From NCBI GenBank assembly GCA_044356735.1, contig JBIKVR010000001.1, positions 145 through 64,144 of the forward strand: a DNA stretch of 64,000 nucleotides. The letters run 5' to 3'. Positions 38,263 through 49,272 of the stretch are shown piece after piece. The translations under genes and the position numbers were made by a program. The DNA comes from Prochlorococcaceae cyanobacterium (lineage in GTDB: Bacteria; Cyanobacteriota; Cyanobacteriia; PCC-6307; Cyanobiaceae). The notes below the pieces were generated by a model. It did not search any database. It was not told the DNA's origin and saw nothing but the letters and a program-made list of their open reading frames with translations. Position 1 is the stretch's first letter, and each line of letters begins with the position of its first letter.

Positions 38263-39702
38263 TTAGGCGGCGTTGAGGTGTTGATCCGCCAGGGTTGCCA
38301 GGTGGGCGCACCAGTGGTCCACGTCCGCCTGGTGGGCTGCCTCCACCATCACCCGCAACAGCGGTTCGGTGCCGCTGGCCCGCACCAGCACCCGGCCGCT
38401 GCCGGCCATCGCCGCCTCAGCCGCCAGCACGGCCTCTTGCAGGGGCTGGCACTGGGCCCAGCCGCTGCGGCGCAACTTATCGGCCACGGTGACATTCACC
38501 AACTTCTGGGGATAGGGCGAAAAGCTTTCATCCATCCAATCGGCCAAGGAGCCCCCCTGGCGCGCCACCAGGGTGGCCACCTGCAGGGCGGTGAGCAGCC
38601 CGTCGCCACTCATGCCGTAGTCCGCCGCCAGGATGTGACCAGACTGCTCTCCCCCCAGGGCGGCGCCGTGCTCCTCCATGGCGGCGTAGACGTACTGATC
38701 GCCCACGGCGGTGCGCTCCAACAGGCCACCGCGCCGCTGCCAGGCCCGTTCAAAGCCCAGGTTGCTCATCACCGTGGCCACAATGCGGTTTTGGGGCAGG
38801 CGATCCCGGGCCATCAGCTCCTGGCCCCAGAGGTAGAGCACCTGATCTCCGTCCACCACCCGGCCTTTGCCGTCCACCGCCAGCATGCGGTCGGCGTCGC
38901 CATCAAAGGCAAAGCCCATGGCGGCACCCCGCTCCAGCACCGCGGCCCGCAGCGGTTCCAGGTGGGTGCTGCCACAGGCCTGGTTGATGCGGCTGCCATC
39001 GGGGCTGCCGTGCAACACGGTGAGCTCGGCACCCAACTGGCGGAACAGCTCCTCGCCGCAGCTGGTGGCTGAACCCCAGCAGAGGTCGAGCACCAATTTG
39101 ACGCCATCGAGGCGGGCCCCCTGGACACTGTCCAAAAGCGACTGGCGATAGTCGGCCAGCAAATCGCTGCGCTCGTACCAGCGGCCATCGCCGGCAAGCT
39201 GCTGCGGCAGCTGAGCGCCACTGCCCTGCGGGCCGGCACTGCTCTGCTGGCCGGCACTGCCCTGCAGGCCGGCCTCGATCGCCGCTTGTTGGGCCTTGGC
39301 CAGCTTGGCGCCACAGGCCCCAAAGGCCTTGATGCCGTTGTCGCCGGGAGGGTTGTGGCTGGCCGAAACCATCAGGCCGCCACTGGCCCCGAGCCGCCGG
39401 ATCGCACCGGGCACCGCCGGGGTGGGGCAGAGACCCAGGTCGAAAACCTCGCGGCCAGCGGCGGTGAGACCAGCCGCCAGGGCCGCCACCAGCATCGGGC
39501 CGCTGGCACGGGAATCGCGGCCGATCACCACCGGCCCGCCAGCGGTAAACACCTGGCCGCTCCAGTAACCCAACTGCAGGGCCAGCAGGGGCGTGATCAG
39601 CTCCCCCACCCGGCCGCGGATGCCATCGGTGCCGAAGTGGGCCTGGCCCGGCGCCAGCGGTTGGCCGATCGGAAAGCGGGCCCAGTCCGCCATGCGCCGC
39701 AA
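38263..39702 (-). CDS. glmM: Phosphoglucosamine mutase
   Basis: FGTDGIRG, MVSASHNPPGDNGIK, FDGDADR, GGEQSGH. Contains a Gln/Ser/Gly-rich insert (QGSAGQQSSAGPQGSGAQ). Confidence 0.95.
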   Translation of the reverse strand: MRRMADWARFPIGQPLAPGQAHFGTDGIRGRVGELITPLLALQLGYWSGQVFTAGGPVVIGRDSRASGPMLVAALAAGLTAAGREVFDLGLCPTPAVPGAIRRLGASGGLMVSASHNPPGDNGIKAFGACGAKLAKAQQAAIEAGLQGSAGQQSSAGPQGSGAQLPQQLAGDGRWYERSDLLADYRQSLLDSVQGARLDGVKLVLDLCWGSATSCGEELFRQLGAELTVLHGSPDGSRINQACGSTHLEPLRAAVLERGAAMGFAFDGDADRMLAVDGKGRVVDGDQVLYLWGQELMARDRLPQNRIVATVMSNLGFERAWQRRGGLLERTAVGDQYVYAAMEEHGAALGGEQSGHILAADYGMSGDGLLTALQVATLVARQGGSLADWMDESFSPYPQKLVNVTVADKLRRSGWAQCQPLQEAVLAAEAAMAGSGRVLVRASGTEPLLRVMVEAAHQADVDHWCAHLATLADQHLNAA

Positions 39703-39749
39703 TGCCTGCTGAAGACGCTCAGGTTATCGACGTGCCGCAAACTTGCCCC

Positions 39750-40001
39750 TCATCGCCAGCGGCGCGGCCACCAGGCCCAGCAGAGCAGCTCCCACACCCC
39801 CCACAACAGCAGCGCTCCCACCAGCCAACCGGGCAGCAACACCAGCGGGCCATAGGGCCGCAACAGCATCACCATGGCCCCCAGGGCCAGCACCGCCAGG
39901 GCGCGGCGGCGCTGCTGCCAGCCCGGCAAGCTGCTCAACCAGGGGGGCAGCTGGGGCAGCCGGGGCAGTGTGGACAGCAGCCAGGGGGGCAAAGGAGACA
40001 T
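39750..40001 (-). CDS. Possible small membrane protein (83 aa)
   Basis: The ORF has two hydrophobic stretches (ALAVLALGAMVMLL, LVGALLLWGVWELLCWAWW). No family recognised. Competing ORFs exist in other frames. Confidence 0.3.
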   Translation of the reverse strand: MSPLPPWLLSTLPRLPQLPPWLSSLPGWQQRRRALAVLALGAMVMLLRPYGPLVLLPGWLVGALLLWGVWELLCWAWWPRRWR

Positions 40002-40058
40002 CTGGAGAGGGGCAGGTCAGGTCGATGAGAACTTGAGCCCGCTCAGATTCTCTCCAGA

Positions 40059-42098
40059 ATGCTGGCCTGTGCCAGGGGCGGCGGGCCGCCAGTAGCCGTG
40101 ATCCGCTTGCCATTGATCCTGGCTGGAACCTGCCTGGGCACCGGCCTGGCGCTGCTGGGGGGCCGATACCTGCTGCGGCAACTACCCCAGCCCCAGCCGC
40201 TGCTGGCCAGCCCCCAGCTGGAGCTGATGCTGCACCTGGCTCCCGATCCTTCCCTGCGCCGCCAGGCGGCCCTGTTGCTGCTGGGTAGGGCCGGCGAGGA
40301 TCCCCGCCGGCAACGGGCGCTACTGGCGGGCCAGGGCTGGGGATTCGATCCCCTGGCGGCGGTGGTGCTCAAGCGCGATGCCCTGGCCGCCGCCAAGCTC
40401 GGCCAGGTGGACGGCGCCGAGCGGCTCTGGCAACAGCTGCTGCGGCGCTTTACCAACGAGCCCGCCGCCGCCGATGGCCTTTATGCCCTCGGCGGCCAGC
40501 AGCCGGCCCTGCGCCAACAACTGCTCCGCCGATTTGCCGCCCATCCGGCCGCCCTGGCGGCGGCGGTGGAGGCCGGCGATGCGCTGCACCTGGCCCGCTG
40601 GGGGGTGCGCTGGCCAGGCGCCCGCAGCCTGCTGCGGCGCAACTGCGAGCGGCGGGGGCCGATACCTACAGCGGCGGATCGCGATCAACTGGCTAGCGGC
40701 CTGGCCCAACTGGGGGATGTCGAGGCCGCCCAGAGCTGCCTGCGGGGCCGGGCGGCCTCGCCCGCCGGCCAACTGGCCATCGCCCGGGCCCTGATCAAGG
40801 GCGACGCGAGCGAAACCGAGCGGGGCGAGATCCTGCTGCTCCAGCTGGCCCAGCGCCAACCGACCACCCCCTTGGGCCGGGAGGCGGCGCGACTTTTGTG
40901 CGAAGGGCGCGGGCCCGTCAATCTCCAGCTGGTGCGGCAACTGCCGGCCTCGCTGCGGGCCGGCGGCGCGGTGCGGGCTCGCCTGGCCCTGGAACCAGGG
41001 CTGGCCGGCCAGGGGGCCGCGGCCCTGGGGGTATTGCGGCGTTGGCCGGCGGAGCCGGCGGCCTGGCAACTGCAGTGGGAACTGGCCCGGGCGGCGCTGC
41101 TGGCCCAGCGGTGGCGTGATGCCGAAACCCTGCTGGCCCCGGAGCTCAGCCGGTCCCTGCCCGGCGCCCTGGCGGCCAGGCAGCTGTTCTGGCTCGGCTT
41201 CAGCCAGGGGCAATTGGGCCGGCAGCAGGCCGCCCGCCGCAACTGGCAAGCGGTGCTGAGCCAACACCCCTGGGGCTATTACGGCTGGCGGTCGGCCATG
41301 CGCCTGGGCCAGGGGCGGCTGGCGCTGACGGCGGCGGCGGATCGCCCCCTGCCCCGGCCCCAGTGGCGCCCCCTGAACAGTGGCCAGCACAGTGGCCACT
41401 CAGCTGGCCAGCTGGCCGTGGATCGCCTCTGGCGGCTGGATCAACCGCTGGAGGCCTGGGAGCAGTGGCGGCTCCAGAGCGGCGGCCAGGCCCCGGAAAC
41501 GCCGCGGCAATTGATCGTGGAGGGGCGGCTGCGCCGCGGCGTGGGCGACCACTGGATCGGCCTGGGGCAATTGGAGCAGGCGGAACTGCGCCTGCCAATG
41601 GGAAACTGCCAGCTCACGGCCGCACTGCAGGCCAGCCTGGCCGCTGTGCCAATGGCCGCCGACCTGGAGCGGGCCGGCCGGGGGGCGGGCCTGGCCCCCT
41701 CGCTGCTGGCGGCGGTGGCCCGGCAGGAATCGCGCTTCAGTGCGGCCGTGCACTCCCCAGCTGGGGCCGTTGGGCTGCTGCAGCTGATGCCCGAAACCGC
41801 AGCGGAGCTGGCCGGCCGCCCCCTGGCGAACAATGAGCTGGAGGATCCAGAACGCAACGCCAGCCTGGGGGCCAGCTACCTGAGCCAACTGCTGCGCCAG
41901 TGGCGGGGCAACCCGCTGCTGGCGGTGGCCAGCTACAACGCCGGCCCCGGGGCGGTGGCCGGCTGGCGGCAGCCCGACCCCCAGCGCTGGCCGGAACTGT
42001 GGGTGGAAGCGATCCCCTATCCAGAAACGCGGCTCTACGTGAAAAAGGTGCTGGGCAACCTCTGGAGCCTGCAGTTGGCGCGACAGCCCCACTGCTGA
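40059..42098 (+). CDS. Soluble lytic murein transglycosylase (Slt family)
   Basis: 679 aa. A helical superhelix N-domain and a C-terminal SLT domain with AVARQESRFSAAVHSPAGAVGLLQLMPETA...ASYNAGPGAV. Confidence 0.85.
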   Translation: MLACARGGGPPVAVIRLPLILAGTCLGTGLALLGGRYLLRQLPQPQPLLASPQLELMLHLAPDPSLRRQAALLLLGRAGEDPRRQRALLAGQGWGFDPLAAVVLKRDALAAAKLGQVDGAERLWQQLLRRFTNEPAAADGLYALGGQQPALRQQLLRRFAAHPAALAAAVEAGDALHLARWGVRWPGARSLLRRNCERRGPIPTAADRDQLASGLAQLGDVEAAQSCLRGRAASPAGQLAIARALIKGDASETERGEILLLQLAQRQPTTPLGREAARLLCEGRGPVNLQLVRQLPASLRAGGAVRARLALEPGLAGQGAAALGVLRRWPAEPAAWQLQWELARAALLAQRWRDAETLLAPELSRSLPGALAARQLFWLGFSQGQLGRQQAARRNWQAVLSQHPWGYYGWRSAMRLGQGRLALTAAADRPLPRPQWRPLNSGQHSGHSAGQLAVDRLWRLDQPLEAWEQWRLQSGGQAPETPRQLIVEGRLRRGVGDHWIGLGQLEQAELRLPMGNCQLTAALQASLAAVPMAADLERAGRGAGLAPSLLAAVARQESRFSAAVHSPAGAVGLLQLMPETAAELAGRPLANNELEDPERNASLGASYLSQLLRQWRGNPLLAVASYNAGPGAVAGWRQPDPQRWPELWVEAIPYPETRLYVKKVLGNLWSLQLARQPHC

Positions 42099-42141
42099 GG
42101 CCTTTTCCCCACTGCTGCTTAAGCCCTGCCACTGGTAGGGC

Positions 42142-42609
42142 TTAAGCAGCCAGCCAGCGACCGACGCTGGCGCTGATCAGCACCAGGGCGGAGAAAGCCA
42201 CCAGCTGCTTTAACGGTGGTGGACTGATACGGATGCGGGCCAGATCCAGCCGCGCCAACAAAACGGCACTGGCCAGGATCAGCAAATTGGAGAGCACCTT
42301 GAGGTGCAGCAGGTAGAGGCCCCCCAGGGTGACGAGCAGCAGGGTGATCACCAGGCTCATCACCCGACTGGTGGCCATCACAATCGAGATTCGGCGCAGC
42401 AAGATGTCGGGCATCGTGCATACCAGCACCACCAGCAGGGCGTGCAGACAGTCGAGCGACCAGAGCAGCGAGGGCAGGTTGGCCAGGGGACGGCTGGAGA
42501 GCAGCTTCGGGGTGCTCCAGTGCAGGCCCTCATAGAGGGATACCGCCACCAGCACCAGCAGGAAGGGCGCCCGCAACGGCAGGCTGAACAGACGAATCAG
42601 GCGCCTCAT
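42142..42609 (-). CDS. Membrane protein, translationally coupled to the NIL-ferredoxin gene
   Basis: MRRLIRLFSLPLRAPFLLVLVAVSLYEGL... with about 4 TM helices. The ATG at 42607-42609 overlaps the upstream stop (ATGA). Confidence 0.6.
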   Translation of the reverse strand: MRRLIRLFSLPLRAPFLLVLVAVSLYEGLHWSTPKLLSSRPLANLPSLLWSLDCLHALLVVLVCTMPDILLRRISIVMATSRVMSLVITLLLVTLGGLYLLHLKVLSNLLILASAVLLARLDLARIRISPPPLKQLVAFSALVLISASVGRWLAA

Positions 42610-43019
42610 GCCGCCTCCAGCTCCAAAGAAATGGCGTCCAGGGGGCAGCTGGGGATGCACTGCTCGCATACCAGGCAGCGCTGGGCATCGAACTGCAGCA
42701 GCCCCAGAGGTACATCAAACCGTAGGGCGCCGCTGGGGCAAACACTGGAGCAGATGCCGCAATCGACGCAGGCCCGAGGATCTATATGAATTTGGCCAGG
42801 GGCGCGGTTGATCTGCAGCCCCCGGGATTCCAGCCATTCCTCGGCGGCCTGCAGCTCATCGATGTCGCCCGATAGCTCCACCACCATGGTGCCGCTCTGG
42901 TTGGGAGCGATCTGGGCCCGCAGGATCTTGGCGGCGATGTCGAAATCCACCGCCAGCCGATAGGTGATCGGCTCGTGGACCGCCTCGCGGGGGAAATGCA
43001 GAGTGAGCCGACGCTTCAT
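42606..43019 (-). CDS. NIL-domain 4Fe-4S ferredoxin
   Basis: MKRRLTLHFPREAVHEPITYRLAVDFDIAAKILRAQIAPNQSGTMVVELSGD (NIL domain) followed by CVDCGICSSVCP and CLVCEQCIPSCP (two 4Fe-4S motifs). I use the internal start of ORF 42606..43346. Confidence 0.8.
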   Translation of the reverse strand: MKRRLTLHFPREAVHEPITYRLAVDFDIAAKILRAQIAPNQSGTMVVELSGDIDELQAAEEWLESRGLQINRAPGQIHIDPRACVDCGICSSVCPSGALRFDVPLGLLQFDAQRCLVCEQCIPSCPLDAISLELEAA

Positions 43020-43111
43020 GGGTCCCCCCGGCTGCCCCTTCTGGCGCTCAGGGCGCTGATCGCAGACGCTAGCAAGGGTTGCCAGAGTGCCCACCTCGCC
43101 GCCAACCCGCC

Positions 43112-43717
43112 ATGGCCCCCCAGCCAGAGTCCCCCACCACCAGCGGCCGCGAACGCTGGATCCTGCTGGTGCTGGCGACGCTGCTGGCGGTGACGCTGCT
43201 ATGGCTGCGGGGGGGCCTGCATCCCCAGGCGCCGCTGGAAAAGCTGGCGCGCCAGTCGCTGGACCTGCCGGTCGCCCTGGCCAATGGCCGCCCCACCATC
43301 GTGGAGTTCTACGCCGATTGGTGCCAGGCCTGCCAGGCGATGGCACCGGCGATGGACGCCCTGGCCGAGCGCCGCCAGGGCCAACTGAACGTGGTGTTGC
43401 TGAACGTGGACAATCCCCGCTGGCAGGCGGAGATCGAGCGCTTCCAGGTGAATGGCATCCCCCAGTTGGATCTGTTCAGTGCCAGCGGCCAGCAGGTGGG
43501 TAGGGCGATCGGTGCCCGCAGCGCCACCGAGCTGGCCGCCATCAGCGATGCCCTGCTGGCCGGCGCACCGCTACCCAAGCTGGCGGGGGTGGGCGAGCTG
43601 AGTCGCCTGAATGGGGCCATCGCCGAGCAGAGCGGTGGCAGTGCCGCCAGCACCGCCACCGGGGCTGGAACCAGAGCTGGCAGTAGTGCTGGAGCTGGCC
43701 CCCGCAGCCATGGCTGA
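43112..43717 (+). CDS. txlA: Thioredoxin-like membrane-anchored protein (TxlA-like)
   Basis: N-terminal TM helix WILLVLATLLAVTLLW, then TIVEFYADWCQACQAMAP (CxxC) and FQVNGIPQLDLF. Confidence 0.8.
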   Translation: MAPQPESPTTSGRERWILLVLATLLAVTLLWLRGGLHPQAPLEKLARQSLDLPVALANGRPTIVEFYADWCQACQAMAPAMDALAERRQGQLNVVLLNVDNPRWQAEIERFQVNGIPQLDLFSASGQQVGRAIGARSATELAAISDALLAGAPLPKLAGVGELSRLNGAIAEQSGGSAASTATGAGTRAGSSAGAGPRSHG

Positions 43718-44025
43718 CAGCTGCAATCAGCAGACAGGCCAGGGGCCGCCAGCGGCCGTAATTATTAGCGGCTGGCACCGGGAGTGGTTGCTGGCACTTG
43801 ACTGGCAGCAGGCGAATGCTCTTCCGGGCAGGGAATGCCCGGAAACCAGTAGAGCTCTTGCCTAGCAGCGCTGCTCGCCGCTGCCAGGCGAACCACTGAA
43901 TGACGAACTGCTGCCTGGCGAGTTTTTGAAGGGCGAATTTTCGGTGGGCGGCCCTGGGATTGGCGAACTGTTGACTGGTGAGCCTCAGACTGGGTCTCAG
44001 TGATTACCGCCCCTGGCCGGAACCG

Positions 44026-46116
44026 ATGGACCCTCGCTTCCGGGTTGACCTGATCGCCGCCACCCCCCACCCCCAACAGTGCGTCTACGCGGCGATGCAC
44101 CAGGACTACAGCGAGGGCTACGTGGTGGACGATCGCGCCAACTGGCCCGAGGAAAGCCGTGCCGGCGAGATCTGCGTCAAGCGGCTTTTGGCGGGGGAGC
44201 GGGGCCATTACGGCCCCCTGGAACACGGCCAGATCGTGCTCAATGTGGGCTGGTTTCCCCATTCCGTTATGCAGCAGGCCCGCACCCATCGGGTGGGAGT
44301 TAGTTTTGATGTGCAATGTCTAGCTGGAAATACTGAAATCACCTTCCTTAATGCCGGAGGGGGCTTAAAGAAAATCAGGATCGATGCACTGCACGACCTC
44401 TGGACCCACGGAGAGCGGGCGACCCGGCAACGGCAGATCCGAGGCCGCCATGGCGAAGCGCCGGGCACCTACCGGCGCGATTGTCGCCAGCGGCTGCAAA
44501 AGATGAAGCTACGGGTACTAAATGAGACCACGAAAGTCTTCGAGACGAGCCAGCTCACTGATGTGATCTGCAGCGGGCTGCAACCTGTCTATCGGCTCAC
44601 CATGGAGGATGGCCGCAGCCTGGACTGCACCGCCAACCATCGCCTGTTCACGCCCCAGGGTTGGCAGACCATGGCGGAGGCGCTCTCCCTCCGGGTGGGG
44701 CGAGATGGTGGTGTGCAGAGCTTCCGCCGCACCGCCCAGGTGCTGGCGAACGGCAACGTGGCTGTGGGTAGCGGAGCCTACCGGGATTCGGGCTGGCTGC
44801 GGCAACAGGTGGAAGCCGGGGCTACCCCGGGGGAGATGGCAGACCGAGCGGGCTGCTCGATCACCACAATCCGGGACTGGGCCCGTCGCCATCAGATCCA
44901 ACTGAAGGAAAACAGCAGATGCTTTCAACCTGGAGACAAGCCTTGGAACCACAACCCATCAGCGCTGTATCGGCAGCAGGAATGGCTCCGGCAAAGGCTG
45001 GAGGAGGGACTGCATGTCAACGAAATGGCTGAACTCGCAGGCTGCTCAGGGGAAGCAATCAAGAAGTGGGTCTATCACTACGGCCTGACCCTGAATCGTC
45101 GTCCAACCGGTTTCCAGAAGGGCACACAACCCTGGAACAAAGCGCGCGGTGGTTACAGCCTGCAGCTGTCGGAGTCGTCGCGAGAAGCGCGGTGTGCCCA
45201 CGGTAAACGAATCACCCGACGGGGCTCCGAGTCAAACTTTTGGAAAGGCGGTGTTTCTTCTGAACGCGAGTTAATTGGTGCCTGGACGCGGCAGATTGCG
45301 CCCCAGGTTCATAGACGCTTCGATTACACCTGCCAACGCTGTGGCCTGCGAGGTAGCGACCAGCAACTGCATGCCCACCACCTGGTGCCGGTTTATGCGG
45401 ATCCAAGCCTGGGCTGCGAGATGGACAATCTCGTAACCCTTTGCCAACCATGTCACGCTTTTATTCATAAGCACCAGCAGGAGGCCGACTTTGCCGCAAC
45501 GTTCAGCCCGAGGAAACCGGTCACAGATTGGCCTGAAAAGCATCACCCTCAAGGCCGGAGATTGATGGCCCATCCACTCACCGTGGTGAACGTGGAGTTC
45601 CTGGGAACTCAGATGACCTACGACCTGGAGGTGCAGGGGCCGTGGCACAACTTCGTGGCCAATGGGCTGGTGGTGCACAACTCGATGCGCTATACGGGCG
45701 AACGCATAGTTCGCGCCGCCAACGGACATACAGATCTAGAGGAAGTGTTCTACCTGCGACCGGTGGGTAACTACAGCGATCGGCAGGGCAAAAAGTATTT
45801 TTACTCGCCAGAAGAAAGGGCAAAAGATCTGGAACTTTGTCTTGCCGCCGCTAAACGCTACTCCGACATGATGGATGCGGGCTTTGCGGAAGAACATGCC
45901 CGCGGCATTCTGCCCTTTGACTACCGCCAGCATTTTGTGGTGAGCTTCAGCCTGCGGGCCTTCCTGCACTTTCTAGACCTGCGGGCCAAGCTCGATGCCC
46001 AGGACGAAATTCGCCATCTCTGCGATTTGATGTGGCCCCACCTGCAGAACTGGGCCCCTGAAATCGCCGCCTGGTATGAAAAGAGCCGCCTGCATAAAGC
46101 CCGCCTAGCCCCCTAA
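44026..46116 (+). CDS. thyX: FAD-dependent thymidylate synthase ThyX, interrupted by an intein
   Basis: Exteins: MDPRFRVDLIAATPHPQQCVYAAMHQDYSE...HGPLEHGQIVLNVGWFPHSVMQQARTHRVGVSFDVQ | SMRYTGERIV...FSLRAFLHFLDLRAKLDAQDEIR. The ORF is open from a GTG at 43978. The spliced length is about 241-257 aa. Confidence 0.9.
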   Translation: MDPRFRVDLIAATPHPQQCVYAAMHQDYSEGYVVDDRANWPEESRAGEICVKRLLAGERGHYGPLEHGQIVLNVGWFPHSVMQQARTHRVGVSFDVQCLAGNTEITFLNAGGGLKKIRIDALHDLWTHGERATRQRQIRGRHGEAPGTYRRDCRQRLQKMKLRVLNETTKVFETSQLTDVICSGLQPVYRLTMEDGRSLDCTANHRLFTPQGWQTMAEALSLRVGRDGGVQSFRRTAQVLANGNVAVGSGAYRDSGWLRQQVEAGATPGEMADRAGCSITTIRDWARRHQIQLKENSRCFQPGDKPWNHNPSALYRQQEWLRQRLEEGLHVNEMAELAGCSGEAIKKWVYHYGLTLNRRPTGFQKGTQPWNKARGGYSLQLSESSREARCAHGKRITRRGSESNFWKGGVSSERELIGAWTRQIAPQVHRRFDYTCQRCGLRGSDQQLHAHHLVPVYADPSLGCEMDNLVTLCQPCHAFIHKHQQEADFAATFSPRKPVTDWPEKHHPQGRRLMAHPLTVVNVEFLGTQMTYDLEVQGPWHNFVANGLVVHNSMRYTGERIVRAANGHTDLEEVFYLRPVGNYSDRQGKKYFYSPEERAKDLELCLAAAKRYSDMMDAGFAEEHARGILPFDYRQHFVVSFSLRAFLHFLDLRAKLDAQDEIRHLCDLMWPHLQNWAPEIAAWYEKSRLHKARLAP
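44317..45681 (+). mobile_element. Intein (455 aa) with HNH homing-endonuclease domain, inserted in the ThyX RHR...S motif
   Basis: Starts with CLAGNTEITF (block A Cys1). Block B is DCTANHRLFTPQGW. The C-terminal blocks are MTYDLEVQGPWHNFVANGLVVHN followed by the +1 Ser (SMRY). Internally there are YTCQRCG...HAHHLVPVYADPSLGCEMDNLVTLCQPCHAFIH (HNH with CxxC pairs) and two HTH-like repeats (GEMADRAGCSITTIRDWARRH / NEMAELAGCSGEAIKKWVYHY). Confidence 0.85.
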
Positions 46117-46208
46117 ATCTGCCCAGGCCCCTAGCCCCTAAAACGCTAGAGACCTAGATAAGCTCGACGCCAAGCCAGACAAAGACAAATATAAGTAATC
46201 GTAAAAAT

Positions 46209-46243
46209 GGCCCCGGCTGAATGGGCAACCGGGGCCTGCTTTT
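46209..46243. terminator. Candidate bidirectional rho-independent terminator between convergent thyX and thiC
   Basis: GGCCCCGG-ctgaatgggcaa-CCGGGGCC hairpin (46209-46236), followed by TGCTTTTG and preceded by an A-run (gtaaaaat). Confidence 0.5.
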
Positions 46244-46312
46244 GCTTAGCCAGCCAATGGGGCTGGCAGCACGGCTGTTAGCTAGGCAGCAAGGCTGTTA
46301 ACTAGGCAGTAG

Positions 46313-47725
<1,413 letters not shown>

Positions 47726-47789
47726 CTATGGCGAAGGGGGTGCCGTGACGGCAACAGTGCCGACGCGGTGGAGGGGCGCAGCTGGAGTT

Positions 47790-47880
47790 CCTTCTCACTT
47801 CCCTGCGCCGGCATGACCCGGATCAGGTTCGGAGGGTGTGATCTCAGCCCTAGGCCCTGGCGGGCCGGGCACCCCTAGTG
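47790..47880 (-). promoter_or_regulatory. TPP (THI-box) riboswitch in the thiC leader
   Basis: The rc reads CTAGGGGTGCCCGGCCCGCCAGGGCCTAGGGCTGAGATCACACCCTCCGAACCTGATCCGGGTCATGCCGGCGCAGGGAAGTGAG. The conserved elements GGGGTGC, CTGAGA, ACCC, GAACCTGATCCGG.T.ATGCCGGCG.AGGGA are all present, about 70 nt upstream of the thiC ATG. Confidence 0.9.
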
Positions 47881-48265
47881 ACCATGGCAACCTAGCAACA
47901 GCCAACCAAGCTGCGGCAAGCTGATCTGGAGGCCCATTGAATCGCCTGGTCGTCTGGGGCGCCAAAGACACCAAGCTGCCACGGCGAAGTTCCCCCGGGC
48001 AGCGGCGGAGCAACCCCCCAGCCAGAGGCTCCTAGATACGCCCAAGGCCCCATGCCAGCAGCGCGCCCCTAGCCCCCAAGAGGCCCAGAGCAACCAAGGG
48101 GCCGTTGGGGTTGTCATGCCCCTGACCTTTAGGACTGGAAATTCCAGCCAGGCCAAAGCAACCTGAACGGAGCTTTCTTGCGATTATCCAGGCATCGCCG
48201 CCGCTGGTGGTTGGCCGGGGCAGTTCGCCCATAGGCTGGGTGGATGTGATGAGGCAGGGTTTTTG

Positions 48266-49258
48266 ATGGAAACCAGCCTGGTGTTGCAAAACCTGCTCTC
48301 CCCGCCGGTTCTGTTTTTCTTTCTCGGGGTGATCGCCGTATTGGTGGGTTCGGATCTGGAAATTCCAGCACCGCTACCCAAACTGTTTTCGCTCTACCTG
48401 CTGCTGTCGATCGGCTTTCGCGGTGGCCTGGAGCTGGCCCACAGCGGCCTGGGGGGCCAGGTGCTGCCCACGATCATCGCGGCGGTATTGATGTCGATGA
48501 TAGTGCCGCTCTACAGCTTTGCCGCCCTAAGGCTAAAGCTCGATGCCTTCAATGCCTCCGCCATCGCCGCCACCTACGGCTCCATCAGTGCGGTGACCTT
48601 CATCACTGCCCAGAGCTTTTTAGAGAGCCAAAAGCTCTCATTTGATGGCTTCATGGTGGCGGCCCTGGCCTTGATGGAATCGCCGGCGATCATCGTCGGC
48701 CTGCTGATGGTGAAGTTGGCCACCGCTCAGAAGCGTCCCGATGAAAAGGGAATGCGCTGGGGCGCGGTGCTGCACGAGGCCTTCTTGAACAGCTCGGTAT
48801 TCCTGCTGCTGGGCAGCCTGGTAATCGGCATCCTGGTGGCCCTGAACAGCCCTAGCAATGTGGAAAAGATGGCGCCTTTCACCGAAAAGCTATTTTACGG
48901 CGCCCTTAGCTTCTTCCTGCTCGACATGGGCATTGTGGCCGCCCAACGGCTCAGCGACCTGCGCAAAGCCGGGGCATTTTTGATCGGCTTCTCAATAATC
49001 ATGCCCCTATTCAATGCCGTGATCGGCGTGCTGATTGCCAGCGCCATTGGCCTGCCGTCGGGAGATGCGCTGCTGTTCGTGGTGCTCTGCGCCAGCGCTT
49101 CTTACATCGCTGTGCCGGCGGCCATGCGCATGACGGTGCCCGAGGCCAACCCCAGCCTCTATATCTCCACGGCGTTGGGGGTAACCTTCCCCTTCAACAT
49201 CATTGTGGGTATCCCCATCTACATGGCCCTAGTAAACAAACTTATCCCCGCCTCTTAA
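48266..49258 (+). CDS. sbtA: Sodium-dependent bicarbonate transport family permease (SbtA-like)
   Basis: METSLVLQNLLSPPVLFFFLGVIAVLVGSDLEIPAPLPKLFSLYLLLSIGFRGGLEL... is the typical SbtA N-terminus, and the protein is polytopic. It is followed by the PII-like partner gene. Confidence 0.85.
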   Translation: METSLVLQNLLSPPVLFFFLGVIAVLVGSDLEIPAPLPKLFSLYLLLSIGFRGGLELAHSGLGGQVLPTIIAAVLMSMIVPLYSFAALRLKLDAFNASAIAATYGSISAVTFITAQSFLESQKLSFDGFMVAALALMESPAIIVGLLMVKLATAQKRPDEKGMRWGAVLHEAFLNSSVFLLLGSLVIGILVALNSPSNVEKMAPFTEKLFYGALSFFLLDMGIVAAQRLSDLRKAGAFLIGFSIIMPLFNAVIGVLIASAIGLPSGDALLFVVLCASASYIAVPAAMRMTVPEANPSLYISTALGVTFPFNIIVGIPIYMALVNKLIPAS

Positions 49259-49272
49259 AACCAGATTCAGCT

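Noticed and set aside
43880-43975. Four GGCGAA-containing segments (aggcgaaccactg, tggcgagttttt, gggcgaattttc, tggcgaactgttg) upstream of thyX, and the 9-bp-stem hairpin TTCCGGGCA-gggaa-TGCCCGGAA at 43822-43844
   Set aside because: The repeats are short, irregularly spaced and imperfect. The hairpin lacks a U-tract. I cannot distinguish either from chance or from a simple txlA transcript end.
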